DNA of 64,000 bases, taken from Octopus sinensis. Its lineage: Eukaryota. Where the stretch lies: NCBI RefSeq assembly GCF_006345805.1, contig NC_043021.1:7440001-7504000 (forward strand), read 5' to 3'. Position 1 is the stretch's first letter; each line of letters opens with the position of its first letter. The notes beneath the pieces were generated by a model, which made no database searches, was not told the origin of the DNA, and saw only the letters and a list, made by a program, of their open reading frames with translations. Made by a program: the position numbers and the translations under genes. This document shows positions 24,977 through 35,885 of the stretch, in pieces.

Positions 24977-25173
24977 AATTAAGAGAAATAACCTCTATTA
25001 AGCAATTCAATAGTGAAAGACATTATCTATATTAAATAGAGAAAATTTAAATATACTATAATAAATATTATTCAAAAAATAATATTTATTATAGCATATT
25101 TAAATTTTTTCTAATTAATATAGATAATGCCTTTCACTATTGAATTGCTTAATAGAGGTTATTTCTCTTAATT
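24977..25173. mobile_element. Palindromic (foldback) MITE-like element in a (TA)n context
   Basis: 96-bp arms, 5-nt loop, 4 mismatches. Confidence 0.75.
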
Positions 25174-25862
25174 ATATATATATTTATATATATATTGAAA
25201 TTTGATTTAGAATTGCTAAATTGAATTTTTCCCAGTAAGTTTGGATGGAATTATATTCCCAACTATTATTATTATTATTATTATTATTACATATATATAT
25301 ATATATTAAATTCACTTATGGTAACATTAAGGGATGCAATTAAGGCTCCTATTTCATTATGCCAGCTACTGTCTAATGATACTGACTAGTAAGTTAGTTT
25401 TTGGGGGTTGTATCATGGTTACACTGATATAGTAATAACAATAATTCTAGGATGAAGTTTATAAATATCTCATACATTGCTACATGCATTTTCCACAAAT
25501 CACATGACTTTTACATAGTGATGTAAAAAATATTTATAAATTCCATCCTAGAATTATTATCATATATAGATACACACACACACACACAGATAAAAAATAT
25601 ATATATAAAAACAAGTGAGCAGACAAATGAAAGATAAGGGCACTCAACACATTTAGTAGGAGTTACATGAATCATTTAAAACAGTTTTGTTCAGTTTCTG
25701 TGGTACTTCAAGTTTCACAGGCTCCTAATAGAGCTCAACTTGTTCAGGTTTCTGGAATAACCAAATTGGTTATTCTAGAAGCCTGAAGAGTTGGAACTTG
25801 GAGTAGTGAAACCTGAAGTAGCACAGAAACCAAATCAAACTGTTCTAAATAATATATATATA

Positions 25863-26062
25863 TGTATATATCATCATCATCATCATCGTTTAACGTCCGT
25901 TCTCCATGCTAGCACGGGTTGGACGGTTCGACCAGGGATCTGGGAAGCCAGAAGGCTGCACCAGTTTCCAGTCTTATCTGGCAATGTTTCTACAGCTGGG
26001 TGCCCTTTCTAACGCCAACCACTCCGTGAGTGTAGTGGGTGCTTTTTACGTGCCACCCGCAC
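25863..26062 (-). mobile_element. Family B element
   Basis: catcatcatcgtttaacgtccg..gctttttacgtgccacc. Confidence 0.85.
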
Positions 26063-26156
26063 AGATATATATATATTATATATTCACAGACAGCAGACAG
26101 ATAGATAGAACAAGAGAGAAATTATATCAGAAGAAATGAGACAAGTGATTATTTAC

Positions 26157-26263
26157 CTGGACTTCCAGAATTGTTGCAACGGCGTAAGAACAATTCATAA
26201 ACACCACCTAGTCTGTTGGTGTCCTTGCGAGAATAACCTCCAGAAAATAGGTTACGCAGGGAT
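26157..26263 (-). CDS. unc-104: unc-104/KIF1A exon ([35 protein letters not shown])
   Basis: tttcag| acceptor, |gtaaat donor, 107 nt, phase 2 to 1. Confidence 0.95.
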
Positions 26264-26362
26264 CTGAAATAACAAAATCAACAAGAATATAAAATAAGTA
26301 TTCTGGAATGGAACTTTACCCCAATAATCAGAGTTTGAAATAGGTTTAATTTAATCCTTTAA

Positions 26363-26584
26363 CCCTTTCATTACCAACCTGGCTGAAACCGGTTCTGGCT
26401 CTGTAGTGCAAATGTCTTGTTTTCATACGTTTTGAATTAAAATCTTCCACCAAACCTTAGTCACAATTTATGTTCCCAACACTAGGTGAATGAAAACTAA
26501 GTTATTTTACTAAATTCTTTGTTATATTTGAATTAAATTGAAAGAAACACAGAACATCTCAAAATAAATATAGTAACGAAAGGG
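26363..26584. mobile_element. piggyBac-type MITE, 222 bp
   Basis: TTAA|CCCTTTCATTAC..GTAACGAAAGGG|TTAA. Confidence 0.9.
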
Positions 26585-26665
26585 TTAAGGATATTCAAGT
26601 TTCAAGATTTTACTGGGTTGAACTTCAGGTATGACCATGTGGCCATCTTTTCCAGTGGGCTTTAA

Positions 26666-26887
26666 CCCTTTTGTTACCAACCCGGCTGAAACCGGCTCTG
26701 GCTCTTTAGTATAAATGTCTTGTTTTCATATGTTTTGAATTAAAATCTTCCACCAAACCTTAGTCACAATTTATGTTCCCAACACTAGGTGAATGAAAAC
26801 TAAGTTATTTTACTAAATTCTTTGTTATATTTGAATTAAATTGAAAGAAACACAGAGCATCTCAAAATAAATACAGTAACGAAAGGG
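26666..26887. mobile_element. piggyBac-type MITE, 222 bp
   Basis: TTAA|CCCTTTTGTTAC..GTAACGAAAGGG|TTAA. Confidence 0.9.
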
Positions 26888-28101
26888 TTAATCCTTGTCT
26901 CAGTATATAAACTATTGAAATTCAACATCAAGTTCAAGATTGAAGTTTTGTCTCTGTAGGACTCGTTTTAAGGATGTAATTGAATCAATTTAGTTTGCAC
27001 ATTTGCCCCAGGAACTGCACACTGGGATTTAACCTGAAACTATGTGGTGTTGCAAAAGGAAGTAGTTAACTATACAATCATGCCTGCATCCACATAATCA
27101 TCATCATCATTCTCTTTTTTATATCCCTGTTTCCATGCATGCATGGATTGCATTTTTTTCCTTCTTTTTTTGGCATTTCAAAACAATATGATGGAAGAAT
27201 TTGCAAGCAAGCGGTATCAACCATGGCAAGCAAACTATATGCCATTGTATTACCAGTTAAGAAGGTTGCAGGCAGTCTAACAAATCTTTCTTTATACATG
27301 TTTACCAATGGGCAAATTTAAGTTCCACATTGCAGGTTAGAAAAAGACATTTCTTGATTACTGTGTAGTCACACCATGGCAAGCTATATCTACTCTCCAT
27401 TGTACTTCCCATATTTGATGGTACATAAGATTTTTTTCCAAAAAAATAATGATTAAATGAAAAACTACCCCGAGTCCTATATGCGGAGTTAGGACTTCTA
27501 TGTGCTTTACTGCACTAAAACCTTGTGTCTAATGCACTGGCACTGTGTCTAATGTGCCAGTGCACCATGCATGCCATAATTGCAGTATTTGAAGTTACAT
27601 GGAGTGATCTATTGAGAATTTTGTATCCGGGTCATAACATCATATAGCATCAACAATGAGAGAATAAGAACTAGACTCACCAACCCTTTGCATGTTAAAC
27701 CAAAACAAGTGTCTTTCAGATAAGCCAGCAGTACCCTAGAAACTCTCACACATAAGCCTAGTAAGCCTGTAGTACCTTAACAATTCTCTCAGGTAAGCCA
27801 GCAGTAGCCTAACAGTCTTGAAGTAAGCCAGTAGTACCCAAACAATTTGTCTATTTTAAGGACCTTTAAATCTTATCTTACTAAAAAAACTGACGACCAC
27901 TCTAGTGTGACATCATGACAAAATGTTCTGTTGTACTCTGTAAAAATATCCAGTAGTAGAAACCAAGCCAAAATAAAATGTATGAGTTCCAGTCTAGGGG
28001 TGTAATGGCTCCCAATAAGAATTGATTCAGACCCTGATCCTGTCCAACCCATTCCAGTTTGGAAAACAGATGCAGAAACCATTATCATCATCATTATTAT
28101 T

Positions 28102-28595
28102 ATTGAGTGAGAGAGTAGTGTATGCCATCAAAGTGACATTGGGGTAAAATATACGAAGCCCAGTATACCCATCATGACTACCCGTCTGATAAGGGTACAC
28201 CAGGCACATGCATCACAACCATATGGGCGTGACATGGTGATCTCATATTCAGATAAACAGCACATGACCTTGCAGGTGGGGCCCAGTTAGAATTTTCTTC
28301 TGGTCGAGTAACCCATCGTGCTCAAAAGGTCCCTGAACAAGGATTGTTTAAGGATGTTGAACAAAACACCCATGTTTCCAGAGGTGATTTATTCAAACCC
28401 CAAAGAATCCCTCTCAACACATGGCTATGATGCTCCCCTACTACTTCTGCTCGTGATCAGAGATGCACATATCATCAGCCACTAAGGGACATGCTCAACT
28501 GGTTAAGGTCAAACAACTGACAAGCAAATCTGTGGTATTGAGCAGAATATTTGCTGTAGCCCATCTTTTATACCAAGACAAAACAATGTACATGA
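28102..28595. mobile_element. Family D dispersed repeat, second copy
   Basis: Colinear with 13199-13758. Confidence 0.85.
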
Positions 28596-29789
28596 TTATT
28601 ATTATTATTGGCTGTATCTGTAAATACTACAATCTGGAAGTGAGCTAACTGAAGAAGGCACAGCAACAAAGCTAAGGCTAATTTTATTTGCTTGTAATAG
28701 CTGAAGCGGATGCTAAAGGAAAGATAATTTAATGGTATTTTAAATTGCCTTAAATGGAGTATATATTTGCTTGTTCATCACATCATCATCATATTGTTCT
28801 GATCAAACCAAGGAAATTATGCTTCCATTGATTTTTCAGTTGCAAATACTATCTGATGACAGCAATTCCTAATGGTAGTGCTCTCTCTCTCTCTCTGTTG
28901 ACTGGAGGCATCAGGATTTGAACTCAGAATGTTCAGAGCTACAATACATAGCACAAACTAACTAGTTAACAACATTAAAAATTTCGCTAATCCTGAACTG
29001 GCAATTTTCATTTAAACCCTAAAGGATAAAAAGCATAGTTGACCCCTGGTAAGATTTAAAATCAGAGCGCAAAGAGCTGGAAAAAAATATGGCAAAGCAT
29101 TTTGTTTGAGGCCCTAATGACTTTGCTAATTCAATAGTGTTAATGAAATTAGATAAATGGAAACTGTATGGAAGCCTGTCAAATAGGTCAGGCTCAGCCT
29201 TATCCACATTAGTGTCATGCCGTTTTTCTGCTCAGAGATTACATCAAGGGTATAAGTGTCAGTGGAATACTCAGTCACTTATGCTATATAATACAATATA
29301 TAAGTTCCACTAACCAAAGAATCGGAACAGTTTATGAAAACATCATCCTGATCAGAATTGCATACATACATGCTTGTTCATGATTTGGCCATAAAAAAAA
29401 TTAAGTCAAGCATTATAGAAACAATACTTACAGATTGAAACATCCAATACTGAAAATACAAGACATGAAACTTATTGTCATCATCATCACCATCATCATC
29501 ATCATTATCATCATCATCATTACCATGACGTTAAATGAAATCAATTTTTGGTTTTTCCTCATGTTGATTGTTGACCTCACTTGGTGCCAGTGCCATGTAA
29601 AAAGCTATAAAATGGCTGGTGTCAAGAAGGGCATCCAAGCTTGGAAAACATGTCAAACCAGACATATGGGGGCTTGGCACAGTCTTCTGGTTTACTGGTG
29701 CCTGCTGATCCATCCAACACATGCCAGCATGGAAAACGAATATTAAGTGATGACGATGATGATGATGATGATAAGATATAAAGATCCCC

Positions 29790-29955
29790 AAGCACGGACG
29801 TGGCTGTATGGTAAGAAGCTTGCTTCCCAACCACTTGCTTTTGGGTTCAGTCCCACTGCAAGGCACCTTGGGCAAGTGTCTTCTACTATGGCCTTTGGCT
29901 GACCAAAGCCTTGTGAGTGGATTTGGTAGACAGAAACTGAAAGAAGCCAGTTGTA
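29790..29955 (+). mobile_element. CORE-type SINE family C
   Basis: gtggctgtatggtaagaagcttgc..caccttgggcaagtgtctt..gaaactgaaagaagcc. Confidence 0.85.
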
Positions 29956-30317
29956 TATATATATATATATATATATATATACGTGTGTATGTGTGTGTGT
30001 TTGTCATCCTCAAAGTGATGCCCTCAAAGTGCTGGCTGGATGTTAAAACACCTGAAAGTCATAGACAGGTGAGACAACTCACCCTAAATCCCATTCCAGA
30101 GTGATGGACATCAATGTTTTGCCCATTTTCGTAGCCTATCAACATCATGTAACTGAATCAAGTTGGAGGTGAACTGAATCACCAGTCCAAGACTACAGAA
30201 AAATAGTGTGGGAGAGAGTGATAGAGAGACAGAGAGAGAAATAATGTGTAAATGTAGTTACAATGTAGAAATGAGACACAAAAAGGCGGGATGGTAAATA
30301 AGATGAGCACACATTAC

Positions 30318-30403
30318 CTTGGAGCAGTTAGTTTTCCGTCACGGGCATGGATAAGCAGACACAAGTCTTTCGTGATGTAGGCAGGCTGGGCACAATTATC
30401 AAC
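30318..30403 (-). CDS. unc-104: unc-104/KIF1A exon (VDNCAQPAYITKDLCLLIHARDGKLTAP)
   Basis: cttcag| acceptor, |gtaatg donor, 86 nt, phase 0 to 2. Confidence 0.95.
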
Positions 30404-30784
30404 CTGAAGAAATAATTAGAGGAATATCAGTAACTTCACTCACAAGAACTAAAACAACAAAAACATTAGAAGAATTCAAAAAGAAAGAAAAAAACCAATG
30501 TTGAGCTTTAAAAAAAAAACCCTCGAAAGTAAAATTTTTCACAAACAAATTTATGAAAAAAGACACTCCACCTGTGACTATCCCTATTTGTATGTGTGTA
30601 TATATGCTATATATTTGTATATACAAATATATAGTATATATACACACATACAAATATACACCATATATGTATATATACATGTATACTGAATATACATACA
30701 TATATACACATATATACCCACATAAATACACATGTATACTCACATAAATACACATGTATACCCGCATAAATACACATTTATACC

Positions 30785-30888
<104 letters not shown>

Positions 30889-30909
30889 TATAAACACATA
30901 TATACTAAC

Positions 30910-31024
30910 CTCCAAATATGCAGATAATGTCATGAAGACTTTCTCTCCATAGGGAGTCACTCGGTTCAAAAGTGGAGAGTTGTGAAGGGAACTGTCCCAG
31001 GCAGCTTCAAACCGGAAAAATATC
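30910..31024 (-). CDS. unc-104: unc-104/KIF1A exon ([38 protein letters not shown])
   Basis: ttttag| acceptor, |gttagt donor, 115 nt, phase 2 to 0. Confidence 0.96.
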
Positions 31025-31534
31025 CTAAAAGACAGAAAAGAAAAAAAAGACAACATATGAATGATTATGAAGAAAAATGAGAGAGAAGGGTAACCTAAAT
31101 GCTACATGAAGATTAATACTAAATATCACGTGAAAATTGTTTCACATGGAGATAGTGCATTTATGCCACATGAGAACATTGTGCATTTATGCAAAGAGGA
31201 CTATACTAAATACACTGTCAAAATGCTACCACATGAGGCAGATGTTAAATGACAAAAAGAAAATACTAAATGCCACATGAGGTCAATGTAATGTGGTGCA
31301 TTATGTCCAGTTCTAAGCTATTTCTGCTAACTTCCCAACTTTAACCATTCAGCATTTAAACCAGCCATATCTGGCCCTGATAGTCGACATGTTTTATGTT
31401 CAAACTGACTGAATATCATAAAATATCCTTAAAAAAATATACTATTACATGATTGAAATCTAGAAGCAGGAAGATAATGCATGGCTAATTCAAAACAATG
31501 TGGATAATTAAGCATTATGCTTTACAGAATAATA

Positions 31535-31815
31535 ATCATCATCATCATCGTTTAGCGTCCGCTTTCCATGCTAGCATGGGTTGGATGGTTCAACTGGGGT
31601 CTGGGAAGCCAGAAGGCTGCACCAGGGTCCTGTCTGATCTGGCAATGTTTCTACGGCTGGATGCCCTTCCTAACACCAACCACTCCGTGAGTGTAGTGGG
31701 TGCTTTTAGGTGCCAGACGAGGCTGGCAAACGGCCACGATCGGATGGTGCTTTTTACGTGCCACCGGCACGGGGGCCAGGCAAGGCTGGCAAACGGCCAC
31801 AATCGGATGATGCTA
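31535..31815 (-). mobile_element. Family B element with internal duplicated unit
   Basis: Family B body plus a repeated ggcaaacggccac(g/a)atcggatg unit. Confidence 0.85.
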
Positions 31816-32350
31816 AATGGTTAATGCTGACAGATGGGAAACAGGAGGGAAGGGAAAGAAAACAAACTGTATGCTGTAGATATGTTATTGTGTAGTGAAA
31901 TGTAAAAAAAAAAAAAGGTAAACAATTAGATGCAATGATTGATTCTGATCAAGAAAACCAAGGGATGCAACTCTGAAATTGAAATTTATTAAACATCTGA
32001 CGTTCAGATAACTCTGTCAAATGTAATGCAAATTTATCCACGTTGTTTTGAATTAATCAGGTATTATCGTGTAGCTTTGAGAATTTTGATGGCATGATTG
32101 TATATTTTTAGAATGATGTTTTAGGGTAGGCTCGAGAGGCTGAATCTGGGCAGTTTGAACATATAACAAGCAGAACAGTAAAGTCTGATCTTTGGTATAT
32201 GTGGTGACAACTATGGGTATGTTTCAGTCTGATTAGACCTCCTCAGAGAAGCTTAGTCTTAACATTATCAACCAGATCCTGGATGACCGAGAGAAATGAA
32301 GACTTTTGTTTTTATATGTAATGATATAAGCTTTCAAACATTAAACTTAC

Positions 32351-32456
32351 CTATCATCATTGGGTTGCTGTACATAGTGAGCAGGGAAGAGACTCAGAGA
32401 CAGAACAGTATTCTCGCTGTCCACATCTCGATAATCCAGAGTATTTCTGATACGAC
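32351..32456 (-). CDS. unc-104: unc-104/KIF1A exon (RIRNTLDYRDVDSENTVLSLSLFPAHYVQQPNDD)
   Basis: ttgcag| acceptor, |gtaagt donor, 106 nt, phase 1 to 2. Confidence 0.95.
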
Positions 32457-32658
32457 CTGCAATGACAAAAGTTACCATTTATTAGCACCATATTTGGCTT
32501 AAACACACAGACACATACACACACACACAAAGACCACCACTCCACTCATAAACACACATACGTGCAAATACATATTTATATGCATACATAAATATACATA
32601 TGCATTACAACATACACATATCTTGTTTAAAGCACACTCATTTACACACATAAATACC

Positions 32659-32873
32659 TATTTCTTTATTACCCACAAGGGGCTAAACACAGAGGGGACA
32701 AACAAGGATAGACATAGGTATTAAGTCGATTACACCGACCACAGTGCGTAACTGGTACTTAATTTATCGACCCCAAAAGGATGAAAGGGAATTTGAACTC
32801 AGAACATAACGGCAGACGAAATACCGCTAGGCAGTTCGCACAGCGTGCTAACGTGTCTGCCAGCTCACCGCCT
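32659..32873 (-). mobile_element. SINE family A
   Basis: Reverse complement of the 11166 and 21201 copies. Confidence 0.85.
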
Positions 32874-33066
32874 TCTTAATACACATTCTTAACACACATG
32901 CATATACACATTGTAAACATACACACACATGCACATTGTAACACACACACACACTATAACCCCATACACACATACAACTTCTACACATCACATTTAAAAC
33001 ACCCAGATGCACTCAATATTCACATCTACTAAATACTGTTTCCAAAAGGAAGAACACAGCGCTTAC

Positions 33067-33218
33067 CAACTACAAGTTCCTTGATATCCCTCCATATCAA
33101 GTCTGGTCCTTTCTCGTGAACAATGGTTATGGTGATACGTCTTTGTATACCCTGGTGGAGAAGGTAGGTGCCGGCACAGGGTAAGTCGTCAGAATGGTCT
33201 ACAACTGTGGGTACGTAC
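33067..33218 (-). CDS. unc-104: unc-104/KIF1A exon ([50 protein letters not shown])
   Basis: cattag| acceptor, |gtaagc donor, 152 nt, phase 2 to 1. Confidence 0.96.
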
Positions 33219-33314
33219 CTAATGATAAAAACAGCCAAATATAAGATAGATGATGATGACGATGGTGATGATGATGATGGTGATGATCATCACACATACA
33301 CACAAATCTTTTAT

Positions 33315-33538
33315 CTTTTATTTGTTTCAGTCATTAAGACTGTGGCCATGCTGGGACACTGCCTCAAAGAATTTTTAGACAAATGTATTGATTACAGTAT
33401 TTATTTTTTCCTTAAAGCCTGGTGCTTATTCTGTCGGTCTCCTTAGCTGAACCGCTAAGTTACAGTGACACAAACACACCAACACCAGTTGTCAAGTGGT
33501 AGTGAGGGGACAAACATAGACACAAAAAACACATGCAC

Positions 33539-33586
<48 letters not shown>

Positions 33587-33745
33587 AGCTTCTTTCAATT
33601 TCCATCTATCAAACCCACTTACAAGCTTTTGGTCAACCTGGGGCTATAATAGAAGGCACTTGCCCAAGGGGTCACACAGTGGAGCTGAACATGGAACCAT
33701 GTGGTCAGGAAGCTAAGTTTCCTACCATAAAACCATGCTTGTGCC
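33315..33745 (-). mobile_element. CORE-type SINE family C with (GT)(GA) microsatellite
   Basis: ttgtttcagtcatt..gctaagttac..cacttgcccaagg body. Confidence 0.8.
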
Positions 33746-33939
33746 TCTCTCTACACATTTTCAAACATTCTGTCTGCTTTCCAATAATTTGATATTGTTA
33801 TTATCATCTACTAGTTACTACATTAAAAAAATAGTCATGTGACTATGGCTAAAAACATAAATCAGGGTCAAGAGGTCATGATGAAATTAATGTCATGAGT
33901 GTAACAACATGAAATTAATTTATTAAAACTGATGTGGTG

Positions 33940-34372
33940 ATGGTTCCACATAGCACTGAGGATGGTGCCACATAGAAAGCACTGATGATGGTGCCATGTA
34001 AAAAGTATTGGAATGGTGCCGTGTAAAAAGCACCAGGGATGTGTGCTGCATAATAAGTACTGGGAATGGTGCCATTTAAAAACCACTAGTAATGGTTCCA
34101 CATAAAAAGCACTGGGGATGGTGCCACAGAAAGCACTGATGATGGTGCCATGTAAAAAGTATTGGAATGGTGCCACATAAAAGGCACTGGTGATGGTGCT
34201 ATGTAAAAAGCAACCAGTGTATTCTGTAAAGTGGTTGACATTAGGAAGAGGTTCCGGCTGTAGAAACAATGCCAAAACACACTATGGAACTTGATGTGAC
34301 CTTGGCCTTGCCAGCGCCTGTCAAGCTATCCAAACCATGCCATCACAGAAGACAGATGTAAAATGATGTTTA
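33940..34372 (+). mobile_element. Family B element preceded by a tandem array (~26-bp unit TGGTGCCATGTAAAAAGCACTGGGA) derived from its own internal motif
   Basis: About 10 units at 33940-34215 run directly into the family B body. Confidence 0.8.
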
Positions 34373-34588
34373 CAAATAATGGTGTCAATTTGAAAACATA
34401 TGAGTTTGGAAATAACAGCAGAGTAAAGGTTTTTTTTTTTGCAATGTATTATGTTTTAAAACATTCTTATTCAGTGATTTAAGGAAGATGGACTCTTTAC
34501 ATAAAAAGGGTTTTAAAAATATCATTTCCTTGAAATACGTAGGTTTCACACAGACATAAAATTTTAGGCCTTAAAACTGTTTACTTAC

Positions 34589-34660
34589 TCTCCATTGGGT
34601 GCAAGTTCGCAGATTTCAAACCAAACCAAAAGGTCGTATTTTGCATGAACTGGAGAAGTA
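34589..34660 (-). CDS. unc-104: unc-104/KIF1A exon ([23 protein letters not shown])
   Basis: ttcacag| acceptor, |gtaagt donor, 72 nt, phase 2 to 2. Confidence 0.95.
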
Positions 34661-35554
34661 CTGTGAAAGAAAGAGAAAAGAAAAGAATAACAATTCGTTT
34701 TATTAACAAAAACAGATTAGAATTTTATTAAAACAAAAAAAATTAAATAATGATGGTTTCGTAGGTAGGTATGAAACCGAAAACAAAAATATTGGTCTCA
34801 AATTTTGGCACAAGGCCAGCAAGTTTTTGAGAGGAGGCTAATTGATTGATTACATCAACCCCAGTGCTCAACAGATGCTTATTTTATAGACCCCAGAAGG
34901 ATGAAATGCAAAGTCGACCTTGGCAGAAGTTGAACTCAGAACATTAAAAACAGACAAAATACTACTAAGCATTTTATCCACCTTGCTAATGATTCTGCCA
35001 GCTTACCACTTCGAAAGCAAGAATATTACACAGAAACAAAAAGAAGAAGAAGAAGAAGCAGCAGCAGTAACAGTAGCAATAGTAGTAGTAGAATGACCAT
35101 AATTTGAGAGTAATAAGAGTAAGTTGGAGGAGGGTGTTAACCTCTGACCTGCTGCACTCTGTTACAGAATGTAAAAATAATATCAGCAACAAGAATATTC
35201 CTAACTGAAGGCAGAAGAATTCAGATTCATGGGAGAGAGTGGAGATATGGTAGAGTGGAGGGAGGGAGGAAGAGGAGAAAGAGAGAGGGAGGCAGAAAAA
35301 GAGAGAGCGAGAAAAGGAAGAAGAGAGAAAGAGAGAGATGTTAAACCCTTTAGCATTTAAACCAGCCATATTGAGCACCCAGATATTCTGCCTATTTTAT
35401 GTTTCCAAACTGGCCAGATCTGACACCTTACACTTACCCTACAATGTCATTCTAAAAATAAACAATCACATCATCAAAGTATCGCAACCACAAGATTAAG
35501 ACAAAATCTGTGATTAAGACAAAACTAAGTGAATAATTAAGCATTACATCTGTA

Positions 35555-35885
35555 AAATGTAATGCTTATTTTTCGTTTTTGGATTTGGTTTGCAAGATTC
35601 TTTATGTGAGTTCGTGTGTTGAAGCATATTCTGTTGTGTCTGGGGAGAGTCATTTTCTTTTTGTGCTTTATAATGTAACACACCCACCGGTGAAATTTCC
35701 ACTTATTTCTTATTTTTATTTTCCTAAAATTTTCGTTGTGTCTTGCAACCTTTTCAATAGTCTTGACTCTGTCCGGAAAGAGTCAAGACTATTGAAAAGG
35801 TTGAATGGACAGAGTCAAGACTCTTGAAAAGGTTGCAAGACGCAACGAAAATTTTAGGAAAATGAAAATAAGAAATAAGTGGAAA
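35555..35885. mobile_element. Penelope-like element end with 79-bp inverted repeat
   Basis: Arms 35696-35774 and 35807-35885 with 3 mismatches; body shared with 17075-17294. Confidence 0.65.

Noticed and set aside
29019-29207. 62-aa minus-strand ORF (DKAEPDLFDRLPYSFHL..)
   Set aside because: No recognisable family and no splice sites that fit the gene's phases.
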